64,000 bases of DNA from Patescibacteria group bacterium (lineage in GTDB: Bacteria; Patescibacteriota; Microgenomatia; 2-02-FULL-39-11): NCBI GenBank assembly GCA_023379265.1, contig JAMCUI010000007.1, positions 14,780 through 78,779 on the forward strand, written 5' to 3'. Shown here in pieces: positions 1 to 8,296 of this stretch. Position 1 is the stretch's first letter, and each line of letters opens with the position of its first letter. Below the pieces are notes generated by a model. The model did not search any database. It was not told the DNA's origin and saw only the letters and a program-made list of their open reading frames with translations. The position numbers and the translations under genes were made by a program.

Positions 1-34
1 TCGGGGAATCACCCAATGGTATTTCCAGTATGGA

Positions 35-427
35 ATGGATAAAGTCATCGCTTTTACATCTGAAAATGAAAGGAAATATAAAAATATAATAATAGACAAT
101 ACTATCAATCAACCCTATATTTATGTCCTTTTTTACAAGAAAGTCGATCCAAAAACATTAACTGAGCAAGACTACAAGGATTTTTCCCACGTAGATCCTA
201 CAACCAACTGGTTAGCAGTCTCTAAATTCCGCAACTACGGCTTCCGGAAGATTACTAGTGAAAACATGCAAGGAGCAAAATTATTAAAAACAGTTTATAA
301 CAGCCCTTATTCCCAATACGGTATCTATACAAAAGGCGGAAATCTGATAGTCAGGTTTGAAGTAATAAATTCCAATGTGACTGTTTCAAACGCGTTGATT
401 TCTGAAGCCAATTCAGTTAAAATATGA
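35..427 (+). CDS. hypothetical protein (frame open to window start; may be 5'-partial)
   Basis: 130-aa ORF with no recognisable motifs. The reading frame has no stop between position 2 and the ATG at 35, so the true start may lie outside the window. Confidence 0.35.
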   Translation: MDKVIAFTSENERKYKNIIIDNTINQPYIYVLFYKKVDPKTLTEQDYKDFSHVDPTTNWLAVSKFRNYGFRKITSENMQGAKLLKTVYNSPYSQYGIYTKGGNLIVRFEVINSNVTVSNALISEANSVKI

Positions 428-439
428 TAACCAAATTAC

Positions 440-512
440 CGCGGGGTAGTGTACAGTTGCACAGGAGGCTCATAATCTCCTAGGCCGGGTGCGACTCCCG
501 GCTCCGCAACCA
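440..512 (+). tRNA. tRNA-like element, initiator tRNA-fMet-like (anticodon CAT, encoded CCA), non-canonical D-arm and T-loop
   Basis: The 5' end CGCGGGG and 3' end CTCCGCAACCA mirror the E. coli tRNA-fMet acceptor, including the C1xA72 mismatch and an encoded CCA. The anticodon stem GGAGG/TCTCC carries the loop CTCATAA (CAT at 471-473). The T-stem is CCGGG/CCCGG. The D-arm is shortened with a 3-4 bp stem and no GG, and the T-loop TGCGACT is atypical. Confidence 0.45.
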
Positions 513-522
513 ATAACTAAAT

Positions 523-547
523 AGCGCCTCACAAGGCGCTGTTTTGG
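523..547 (+). terminator. rho-independent terminator-like hairpin
   Basis: AGCGCC-TCACAA-GGCGCT stem-loop followed by GTTTTGG. It sits between convergent genes and just downstream of the tRNA-like element. Confidence 0.4.
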
Positions 548-569
548 TATTTCAATAAAAACAGTTATC

Positions 570-1493
570 CTATGAAACGATATTAACTGGTTTTCCTTGG
601 AGATAAGACTCAATATTTTTAGTCACACCATTTGCCAATCTCTCTTGAGATTGCCTAGTATTCCAAGCGATATGTGGTGTCACAACTACATTTGATAGTG
701 AAAAAAGTGGATTATTTTTATCCGGCGGTTCTTTTTCGAAAACATCAAGACCAGCTCCATACAAATGTCTATTCTTCAGGTATTTAATTAAAGCTTTTTC
801 ATCCACCACTTTCCCCCTTGAGGTATTAACCACAATTGCTCCGGCAGGAAGAAGTGACAGCTCTTTTTCACCTATTAATTTTTCTGTTTCTGGCGTCAGA
901 GGAATATTAATTGAAAGTACATTGCTTTGTCTGAGTAGATTTTCTAAATCAGATTGTGATGATTTAGAATTTATATAAACAGTCTTCATTCCGAAGGCAC
1001 GTGCCAACTTCCCTACTCTTCTACCGATATTGCCATACCCTAAAATACCCAAAGTCTTGCCTTTAAGTTCTTCTCCTGCATTACCTTTGGGATCAAATTT
1101 CCCTATCTTAATTGTATTTTGCGCCAAGTTCAGCTGACGGGAAACAGAGAGCATTAGAAGAATTGCGTGCTCGGCAACAGATTCAGAGGAAAATGCTGGC
1201 ACATTGGACACTCTCACTTTATATTTTCTTGCTGCCTTAATATCCGTCCAATTCTGATATCCTGTCATAGCCATCACTACATAATGCAAATTTTTGGCAT
1301 TTTGGAAAATTTTTTCCCCTATGTAAACCCATTTGCTGACTATAATTGTCGCGTCTTTTACTAGCTCCAACACTTCTTTCTCTTTGGGCCAGGAAGAATA
1401 CGGTAAAACAACATCAGCCTGTTTCTTAAGCTTATCAATAAGCTCTTCCGATATCTGCAATTTATCAAGGAATACTATCTTCTCCCTTTTCAT
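570..1493 (-). CDS. D-isomer-specific 2-hydroxyacid dehydrogenase (glycerate/phosphoglycerate dehydrogenase family)
   Basis: 307 aa. Rossmann NAD-binding motif GILGYGNIGRRVG, and a catalytic-domain arrangement typical of the D-2-hydroxyacid dehydrogenase family. Confidence 0.8.
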   Translation of the reverse strand: MKREKIVFLDKLQISEELIDKLKKQADVVLPYSSWPKEKEVLELVKDATIIVSKWVYIGEKIFQNAKNLHYVVMAMTGYQNWTDIKAARKYKVRVSNVPAFSSESVAEHAILLMLSVSRQLNLAQNTIKIGKFDPKGNAGEELKGKTLGILGYGNIGRRVGKLARAFGMKTVYINSKSSQSDLENLLRQSNVLSINIPLTPETEKLIGEKELSLLPAGAIVVNTSRGKVVDEKALIKYLKNRHLYGAGLDVFEKEPPDKNNPLFSLSNVVVTPHIAWNTRQSQERLANGVTKNIESYLQGKPVNIVS

Positions 1494-1656
1494 TTCGTAG
1501 AGTATATACCATCCGTACCAAAAAGTTAATAAACTTTTATAATATTAAATTTCTTAAATAACTTTGTTTTCTTTTTTTTCTAGCCGAATTCTTTATGCTA
1601 TAATTGGAAAATTGACGGATAGCAAGCCAGCTATCTCAAGAGAACATTATCAAACT

Positions 1657-1690
1657 TTGAATTAAATTTTGGGTAAAACTTTAGTAATAT
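1657..1690 (+). promoter_or_regulatory. candidate sigma70-type promoter for tRNA-Met
   Basis: TTAAAT (1662-1667), a 17-bp spacer, then TAATAT (1685-1690) ending 5 bp before the tRNA 5' end. The genome is AT-rich, so specificity is weak. Confidence 0.25.
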
Positions 1691-1695
1691 AGCTT

Positions 1696-1768
1696 GCCAG
1701 CGTAGCTCAGTGGTAGAGCAGCGTCTTCATAAGGCGTGGGTCACAGGTCCGAATCCTGTCGCTGGTAC
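1696..1768 (+). tRNA. tRNA-Met (anticodon CAT), elongator type
   Basis: Full cloverleaf. Acceptor GCCAGCG/CGCTGGT (G1-U72), D-arm GCTC-AGTGGTA-GAGC, anticodon stem GCGTC/GGCGT with loop TTCATAA, T-arm ACAGG-TCCGAAT-CCTGT, discriminator A. No CCA is encoded. It could alternatively be Ile2 (lysidine), but a separate tRNA-Ile(TAT) is present in the window. Confidence 0.85.
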
Positions 1769-2079
1769 TGTATCACAAATCTCCGGTCCGAATCCTGTCG
1801 CTGGTACTGTATCACAAATCTCCGGTCCGAATCCTGTCGCTGGTACTGTATCACAAATCTCCGGTCCGAATCCTGTCGCTGGTACTGTATCACAAATCTC
1901 CGGTCCGAATCCTGTCGCTGGTACTGTATCACAAATCTCCGGTCCGAATCCTGTCGCTGGTACTGTATCACAAATCTCCGGTCCGAATCCTGTCGCTGGT
2001 ACTGTATCACAAATCTCCGGTCCGAATCCTGTCGCTGGTACTGTATCACAAATCTCCGGTCCGAATCCTGTCGCTGGTA
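1746..2079. repeat. perfect 39-bp tandem repeat array; each unit is the 3' 22 nt of tRNA-Met plus a 17-nt spacer (9 copies of the tRNA segment)
   Basis: The unit CTGTATCACAAATCTCC+GGTCCGAATCCTGTCGCTGGTA repeats head-to-tail without mismatches. The first copy of the 22-mer is the T-arm and acceptor 3' end of the tRNA itself. Stop-free frames on both strands produce the artefactual repeat-peptide ORFs seen in the six-frame track. Confidence 0.95.
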
Positions 2080-2086
2080 CAATATT

Positions 2087-3133
2087 TTAATAGAAAATGA
2101 TTGAAGTCAGCATATAATTGTATATATAGGTGATGTCCGAAATGCTGACATTACTGGCTATTCCAAACGATCCGTTGAACCTCGGAAATATTGAAGCTAT
2201 ATAGCTTTGTCCCAAAGCTCCCTGCGTATATAGAGTTCCGTTTACCCCATCAACAACTATCGGTACAACGTATGGTGGATTATTGTTTACCTGGGGCATT
2301 GTGTAATTTGCCGCCACTCCAAGCCCTATATGAGGCGTATCAGGAGAATTTATGTCATATCCCGGAGGAAATACCGCTATCCCCTCATGATTGTTGGAAA
2401 TACTTTTTATCATCTGCCAGTTTGATGGATATTGGATCATATACCTATCCTGTGGATTATCATAGACTGCCCATGTCACTTGTACGGGAGGTGTGGAAGG
2501 CGGAGTATAGACTTGAGTTTGCCCATTAGTATCTTGAAAGATTATCTGCACGCTAGTGACTGGATTGGGTGTAGGATTTACAGAATTTCCATTATTGGAA
2601 TTGACAGAGGTTTGTGAATGTGATGTATTTACTAATCCTTCCGAAGTTGACATCCCTCCCTGTTTAGAACTATTTGAAGTACTATTTTGGGAAGTTTGAT
2701 TTGGTACATTCCCGCTTCCGGTCACAGATAAACTATTTTTTTTATCTTCATTTCCCACATTCACACCTGTAACTAGTGGGCTTTGTGGGCTAGTAGCATC
2801 TGTACCGGTTTTCCTGTTTGTGCCTGGAGTAATCTTTAGTAATATATCAATTAGCCAATTTGGGTTATCTTGGCTTGTTGTTGGTATCAAGTCTCCTAAT
2901 TTATGCTTGTAAATAAAATTACTTGAACTTTGGGGAGGTTTAGGCAAAAAAATCCTAATAATTATCAGTATTGCTGCTATGCTTAAGACGCTTATAATTC
3001 CGGGGATAAATAACTTATGTAAGTGTGAGGGCAAAACCATTTTCTTCTTTGATTTTTCCGTAATCATGCCCTTGCTGTCTATACTGTAAGCCATAACTAA
3101 TTTTAGAAAAAAAGTTTTACCCACTTTTGCCAA
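2087..3133 (-). CDS. hypothetical membrane-anchored/secreted protein with Ser/Thr/Asn-rich linker
   Basis: 348 aa. N-terminal TM (IISVLSIAAILIIIRIFL), a low-complexity S/T/N-rich stretch, and a C-terminal globular region with no recognisable motifs. Confidence 0.45.
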   Translation of the reverse strand: MAKVGKTFFLKLVMAYSIDSKGMITEKSKKKMVLPSHLHKLFIPGIISVLSIAAILIIIRIFLPKPPQSSSNFIYKHKLGDLIPTTSQDNPNWLIDILLKITPGTNRKTGTDATSPQSPLVTGVNVGNEDKKNSLSVTGSGNVPNQTSQNSTSNSSKQGGMSTSEGLVNTSHSQTSVNSNNGNSVNPTPNPVTSVQIIFQDTNGQTQVYTPPSTPPVQVTWAVYDNPQDRYMIQYPSNWQMIKSISNNHEGIAVFPPGYDINSPDTPHIGLGVAANYTMPQVNNNPPYVVPIVVDGVNGTLYTQGALGQSYIASIFPRFNGSFGIASNVSISDITYIYNYMLTSIIFY

Positions 3134-3456
3134 TTCAAACTTGCATCCTGAGGCGTAGGCGATGGTTCCGCTATTGGAGAAACCGTAGGAAGCAAAAGTA
3201 CCACCTCGTCTTCTTTACCTAGATTCAATTTATCCCGCGCCTCCTTTTCTATATATTGCTTACTTTCCACTTCAGCTAGTTTTCTTTTCAGCTGGTTATT
3301 GTTGTTTTGTGCGTCCTGAAGCTGATTTTGGGTACTCTGTATAATTTTTTCCCGTTGGGAAATCTTTACCCATGAACGGACTATTCCTACAACAAGCATA
3401 ACAAACACTATCAAAAGTATCCAATTTAGCAGTTTATATCGGTCCATAATTGACAA
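3103..3456 (-). CDS. septum formation initiator FtsB/DivIC-like protein
   Basis: 117 aa. N-terminal TM followed by a coiled coil, and the family-typical motif YIEKEARDKLNLGKEDEVVL. Confidence 0.6.
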   Translation of the reverse strand: MSIMDRYKLLNWILLIVFVMLVVGIVRSWVKISQREKIIQSTQNQLQDAQNNNNQLKRKLAEVESKQYIEKEARDKLNLGKEDEVVLLLPTVSPIAEPSPTPQDASLNWQKWVKLFF

Positions 3457-3485
3457 AAATCCCTTCTTGATGTATTATAGGCCCC

Positions 3486-4355
3486 ATGAATTCAGATAAA
3501 AACACTGATTTGTCTTCTGCTCGTGAACAATTTATCAGATATCTCACAGAAAACAGAAGGGCTCATGCTACTATTTTAGCATACAGCAAAGATATAGAGC
3601 AGCTGGTCGCCTTTCTTTCTGACATGGGCAAAAAGCAGATTATTGAAGTAGAAAAAATAGATCTTGATGGCTTTCTGAAAAAACTTTCCACAGATGGTTA
3701 TACTCTTAAATCCCTCTCCCGAAAAATAAACTCCATAAAAACATTCTATCGGTTTCTTAAAAACCAAAATCTTATTACAACCAATCCAGCAGCAGAGATT
3801 ACCCACCCAAAATATGAGACTAAACCCCCCAGAATACTATCAAAGATGGAATATAGAGCTTTAAGGGACGCTTGCAGATCAGATATAAGAACTTATGCCA
3901 TCGTGGAGCTCTTCCTTCAGACGGGCATAAGAATTGGAGAATTGGCTAATTTAAAACTGATAGATGCCAATGAAAGAGAATTAATAATTAGACCTCAAGA
4001 GAGTCATCCGCAACGCTCAATACCTTTGAATAAGGCAGCCAAAGCTGCACTGGATAAATGGCTAATTATAAGACCAAAAACCAATGGCGAAGCTCTTTTT
4101 GTCACCAAAACCGGCAGGCCGCTTTTAGTTCGTAATATTAGGACTACTATAGATAGATATTTTAAGATTGCCGGTATTGAAAACGCCAAAGTAAATGATC
4201 TCAGACATACTTTTATTGCACACCATCTAGCTGCAGGAACAGATCTTACCATGATCAGCCAGTTAGTAGGACACAAAAGACTGGCTACTACAGAAAAATA
4301 CCTAGACCTCATAAAGGACAAGGCCGTCTCCAACCTGAAACTGGAAGAGCTTTAA
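3486..4355 (+). CDS. tyrosine site-specific recombinase, XerC/XerD family
   Basis: 289 aa. N-terminal core-binding SAM-like domain. C-terminal catalytic signature LRHTFIAHHLAAGTDLTMISQLVGHKRLATTEKYLDL, i.e. the R...HxxR...Y tail. Confidence 0.8.
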   Translation: MNSDKNTDLSSAREQFIRYLTENRRAHATILAYSKDIEQLVAFLSDMGKKQIIEVEKIDLDGFLKKLSTDGYTLKSLSRKINSIKTFYRFLKNQNLITTNPAAEITHPKYETKPPRILSKMEYRALRDACRSDIRTYAIVELFLQTGIRIGELANLKLIDANERELIIRPQESHPQRSIPLNKAAKAALDKWLIIRPKTNGEALFVTKTGRPLLVRNIRTTIDRYFKIAGIENAKVNDLRHTFIAHHLAAGTDLTMISQLVGHKRLATTEKYLDLIKDKAVSNLKLEEL

Positions 4356-4568
4356 CTTGAACTGTTGAGCATTAACGTCTCTTCTTACCTTACTCTCCTT
4401 CCTTTTCCGATATTATTAATTTCATCACTTGTGAGTCCAGATAAGTTGATTTTATTGTGAAACGTGAGGGATAAAAGCACTGTTTTTTCTGTTGAAGTAT
4501 TTAGAACCGAAACTCTTAAGTTTTCCAGCAGTGCAAACAATGAACAAGTTTTTTAATTGGATTTTATG

Positions 4569-4640
4569 TGGAACCGGATGGAGTCGAACCATCTACATCG
4601 ACTTTATAAGAGTCGCGTTCTGCCGGTGAACTACGGTTCC
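4569..4640 (-). tRNA. tRNA-Ile (anticodon TAT/UAU)
   Basis: Reverse complement folds as acceptor GGAACCG/CGGTTCC, D-arm GTTC-ACCGGCA-GAAC, anticodon stem CGACT/AGTCG with loop CTTATAA (TAT), T-arm GATGG-TTCGACT-CCATC, discriminator A. No CCA. Confidence 0.8.
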
Positions 4641-4756
4641 ATGCAACCTGTCCCATAAATTTGCCTCGATTACAAATTATTCAGACAGTCGAAAATTAAA
4701 GGAACAAAGCGCTAACGTGTCTGAAATTATAGAATATACGGGGAGAAATGTAAATT

Positions 4757-7102
4757 TTATAGTTTAGCGCGCTGGGATATTTCTGCTTCTACTAATTCCC
4801 TAGGCCTTCCATACTTCAACCGTGAAAGAGAAAGTATCGCCTCTGCCACCTTGGGGTTTTCAATCTTCTTTTGCGCTGCCATATCTTTTCTCAAATCAAC
4901 AGAAAATGGTGGAACCGGTTTATTCCCTACTATGGTATTTACATAGGCATTATAAACGTCAACGTTAATAAGATCTCCTTCATTAAATACCGGAGTAAAC
5001 CAGTGTTGTAAATAATTAGCATCAGTTACGCCTACTCTAAATGTAATAAGTGTCCCAACGTTACCAAAGACGGCATTTTTTACCTCCTCCTCCATTTGTC
5101 CTATAAACTGGTTAGCCACACAAAGGTTTAGCCTGAATTTCCTGGCCTCAGAGAGTATTTGGGCAAAATCAGGTGTTGCAAAATTCTGAAATTCATCAAC
5201 ATAAAGAAAAAAGTCTTTTCTTTTATCTTCAGGAGTATCCACCCGACTCATGGCGGCTACCAGAATTTTTGGCACCAGGATTAAACCAAGGAAACTGGAA
5301 TTTTCTTCTCCCAGTTTTCCCTTGGCAAGATTGACAAGAAGAATCTTCCCTTCATCCATCACTTTTCTAAAATCAAACGCACTTTTACTTTGTCCGATTA
5401 TGTTTCTCATAAGTTTATTAGTGACAAAACGGCCGAATTTTGAAACAATATAATCCAATACTTCAGATTTATGAAAATCTGAAGTCTGCGCAATCTGGTC
5501 AGTCCAATAACGTCTTACAATCGGATCCTGAACTTTTGGAAGAAGCTCCTGAACATATGAAGAATCAGTCAGAACTCTAACAACCTCTACAAAAGAAGCA
5601 CCTGGCTCCACCATAACAGTCAACATTGCATTTCTTATGGCGTGCTCAAATCGTGGGCCAATAATACCTGTTTTCTGCGGATCATAAAGTTTGTACATTA
5701 ACCCTATGATTGAAGTGACTATAAAATGTTTCTGTTCCTCGGTATAGGCTTCAAGCATATTAAGTCCCATTGGTCTTTCTCCATCTGAAGGATCAAAATA
5801 GATGATATCCTCAGCTCTTTCTGGAGGAATAAGAGGTAAAAGTCCCTCAACTAAATCTCCGTGAGGATCAATAACTGCAACTCCTTTCCCTTCCTTTATA
5901 TCCTGCAAAACCATATCTTTCAGAAGTACAGATTTACCAACCCCTGTTTTCCCAATTATATAAACATGCCGCCTTCTGTCATCAAGTTGCATGTAAACAG
6001 GACGCATAATTCCACGGTAGACACTTTTACCTAAATACATTCCCGATGTTGGAGTTTCGGCAGGAGCTGGGGCTTTTTTGGATGTTACCCAGTTGATATG
6101 AGGCGTTTCAATAGTTTTATTGGGAAAATGGAATATTGTAGCCAACTCTTCACTGGAAAGGATAGAAAGTTGCCTATGTGGCCAGTTCACCATAGGAAAA
6201 TACCGATATATAAAATCCACCATAAATGAACTCTTCATTAGGTGCTTGGCACGGGTGAAGTGATTTAAGTCGGAAGCAAACTGTGCAAAGACCGCCTCAA
6301 TATTATGAAGATGCATGTTGGCTGACTCAAGCGTTGTCGAGGTTACTACTACCCTTATAACAGTCTTAAAACCAGGTTTTGAGGTCTTATTTTCAACCGC
6401 TTCAAGTACTTTAGGATCAACATTATACTTTGCTTTTTCAGGATTGGCTTCATTTTTCTTGATGCTGGAAACGTAACTTCTACCCTTTTTCTTCCACTTA
6501 CCATCAGCGGGAGTTATCAATATTTGTATAGAAGCACCTTCCCCAGTCTGCATTTTTCCTAGTGCAGAAGTAACTGCTGAAAGAGGATCGACAGGCAAGT
6601 CCTTATAAAAACGCATCGGGTAAAAATCCGCATGCTGTAGTATATAGGAGGCAAAAGCTACCTTTCCGTCTTCATTAAAAATATTATACTCATCCACCTC
6701 CTTAATTTCTGCCTCTGGATACATTCCGTAGATCTGCTTTTCTAACAGATCGCGCAAATGGTGATGAACAGATATATAAAACTTTATGTCTCCAGGGGTA
6801 CCGACTATCTCAAACGAAATATGATCTGAAGCTTTCAGGAATGACAAAAATCCTCCGTGAGAGAGTGAAGCGAGAGAGGAAAAAAACTGTTCAGCCGCAT
6901 CAATTTTTATTTCATTATTTTTGGGAACCATTACCTGCAATAACACAAACTCGAGACTTTTTTTCTCGCGTCCCCGGTGTTTCCACCAAAGAAAAAGAAA
7001 ATATGAAAGAAGCGACAATCCTACTAAAAGAATTACCAACGCTCCCATAACCAAAGCTAAGTCTTCAAGCCTAAAAACAATTTGTGAAGGATCAGTGTAC
7101 AT
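4757..7102 (-). CDS. membrane-anchored P-loop ATPase, VirD4/TraG/TraD-type type IV coupling protein-like (FtsK-HerA superfamily)
   Basis: 781 aa. N-terminal TM. Walker A GKTGVGKS followed by VIDPHGD (the DPKGE-like T4CP motif). IIYFDPSD...GLNML (NPL-like). Walker B YVDEFQNF. ARKFRLNLCVANQFIGQM resembles the T4CP RKxG...Q motif. The ~340-aa N-terminal domain before the P-loop is unusually long. Confidence 0.5.
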   Translation of the reverse strand: MYTDPSQIVFRLEDLALVMGALVILLVGLSLLSYFLFLWWKHRGREKKSLEFVLLQVMVPKNNEIKIDAAEQFFSSLASLSHGGFLSFLKASDHISFEIVGTPGDIKFYISVHHHLRDLLEKQIYGMYPEAEIKEVDEYNIFNEDGKVAFASYILQHADFYPMRFYKDLPVDPLSAVTSALGKMQTGEGASIQILITPADGKWKKKGRSYVSSIKKNEANPEKAKYNVDPKVLEAVENKTSKPGFKTVIRVVVTSTTLESANMHLHNIEAVFAQFASDLNHFTRAKHLMKSSFMVDFIYRYFPMVNWPHRQLSILSSEELATIFHFPNKTIETPHINWVTSKKAPAPAETPTSGMYLGKSVYRGIMRPVYMQLDDRRRHVYIIGKTGVGKSVLLKDMVLQDIKEGKGVAVIDPHGDLVEGLLPLIPPERAEDIIYFDPSDGERPMGLNMLEAYTEEQKHFIVTSIIGLMYKLYDPQKTGIIGPRFEHAIRNAMLTVMVEPGASFVEVVRVLTDSSYVQELLPKVQDPIVRRYWTDQIAQTSDFHKSEVLDYIVSKFGRFVTNKLMRNIIGQSKSAFDFRKVMDEGKILLVNLAKGKLGEENSSFLGLILVPKILVAAMSRVDTPEDKRKDFFLYVDEFQNFATPDFAQILSEARKFRLNLCVANQFIGQMEEEVKNAVFGNVGTLITFRVGVTDANYLQHWFTPVFNEGDLINVDVYNAYVNTIVGNKPVPPFSVDLRKDMAAQKKIENPKVAEAILSLSRLKYGRPRELVEAEISQRAKL

Positions 7103-7145
7103 GGAAACTTAAAGCTATATTTACTAGATAAATCATTCTATCTTT

Positions 7146-7628
7146 CTAATCAGATTTTACTCTGATTATTTTTCCGTGTATGACTTTGAGCATTACATGA
7201 GCCTTTTTTAGTTTTTTGACACACCATACGGCCATCCATCGCAAAGCACTGCTTATTTGACTATGAAGTCCCGCTACAACCTGCTGATCCGAGATGGGCA
7301 AAACTACATTTGGTAAGGGGGTAACTGAAGCAACTAAGGGAATCGAAGCCCCAGATTGAGTTACTCCCAACTTTTTGACATCAGGAGGTAATTCAATTGA
7401 CTCTTTTATTGCTGTCACCCCCACCTCTGATACTTCTTTTGGTATCTCAACCTCTTTGGAAATCATCTGAGGTGTCTCGGAAGATGCAATTTTTATCGCC
7501 TCATGTTCTTTCCCTATCGATACAGATACTGTCTGATTCTTTACTCCCTTGTCTGACTTTATCCCAGAATTGCTTTTTACGCTTTGAGAATAATTCTTCT
7601 GTTGGGAGTTGGCAGGTGTGGTGTTCAT
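7146..7628 (-). CDS. hypothetical protein (Ser/Lys-rich, C-terminal amphipathic/hydrophobic tail)
   Basis: 160-aa ORF packed between the S-component-like gene and the ATPase. No motifs recognised. Confidence 0.35.
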   Translation of the reverse strand: MNTTPANSQQKNYSQSVKSNSGIKSDKGVKNQTVSVSIGKEHEAIKIASSETPQMISKEVEIPKEVSEVGVTAIKESIELPPDVKKLGVTQSGASIPLVASVTPLPNVVLPISDQQVVAGLHSQISSALRWMAVWCVKKLKKAHVMLKVIHGKIIRVKSD

Positions 7629-7663
7629 AATTATTCTTTAACTTAATTTATGCGGATAAACAG

Positions 7664-8296
7664 TCAGTTTTCCCTTGCTTTGTGATTCAATTTTATTCCA
7701 GAAAAATTAAGTGAAGACAGAAAAGTTTTTATGGTTTCAGCTGTAAAGAAAGAGATAGGAACTAAAACTACATTGCCTATGAGGTTGTATTTGAAAAAAG
7801 GCAAACCTAAAATATAAGCATCAACTAATCCGGATAATGTTCTTGGATACATACCCCAATTATCCAAAAACCATACGCCGAAATTCGTCCAAAGATAAAA
7901 CCAAAAAGACGCAGCAATACCCACACCTCCTGCCGTTAAAAGCTTAAAAACTAAATTTCTTTCTCCGGCAGCTTTACTTTTGAAATTTAGTTTCAAAATT
8001 CCCATCAAACCAATCACAATATAACCGCTCCATGTGAACATAAATATATTTGTATTTCCAATCAACACATCCGTAACCGCCATAATAAAAAAAGGTACAA
8101 CCAAAGCGTATTTTTTGCCCAAGTATGCAGCTGAAAGAAGAGTTGCTGAGGTAACAAATTCCACATTATCTCCGATATGAAAAACCGTTCTAGAGAGAAT
8201 ACCTAAAATTACTAGGATAAAAGCGAGTAAATATTTTTCTTTATCTTTTCTTCCCATTTTCCTCAAATTAAAATTTAGAATAAATCCATTCGACAT
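7664..8296 (-). CDS. small polytopic membrane protein, ECF-transporter S-component-like (candidate cobalamin/corrinoid substrate-binding component)
   Basis: 210 aa with ~6 predicted TM helices and a short basic C-terminus. Size and topology resemble ECF S components. It overlaps the DUF4430 gene and lies in an operon headed by a cobalamin-riboswitch-like leader. Confidence 0.35.
   Translation of the reverse strand: MSNGFILNFNLRKMGRKDKEKYLLAFILVILGILSRTVFHIGDNVEFVTSATLLSAAYLGKKYALVVPFFIMAVTDVLIGNTNIFMFTWSGYIVIGLMGILKLNFKSKAAGERNLVFKLLTAGGVGIAASFWFYLWTNFGVWFLDNWGMYPRTLSGLVDAYILGLPFFKYNLIGNVVLVPISFFTAETIKTFLSSLNFSGIKLNHKAREN

Noticed and set aside
1167-1364. 65-aa Cys/His-rich plus-strand ORF inside the dehydrogenase gene
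   Set aside because: Fully embedded antisense within a well-supported 307-aa CDS. The odd composition reflects the reverse translation of a conserved enzyme.
1746-2079. Possible CRISPR array
   Set aside because: Repeat and spacer are both invariant, since the whole 39-bp unit is identical. The unit derives from a tRNA 3' end. No cas genes or leader are present. This is a tandem duplication, not CRISPR.
1710-2104. Three long ORFs translating to perfect peptide repeats (GPNPVAGTVSQIS, SESCRWYCITNLR, QRQDSDRRFVIQY) on both strands
   Set aside because: They are products of the stop-free 39-bp tandem repeat, where 39 = 13 codons. They begin inside a tRNA gene and have no independent start or RBS context. 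These are repeat artefacts, not genes.
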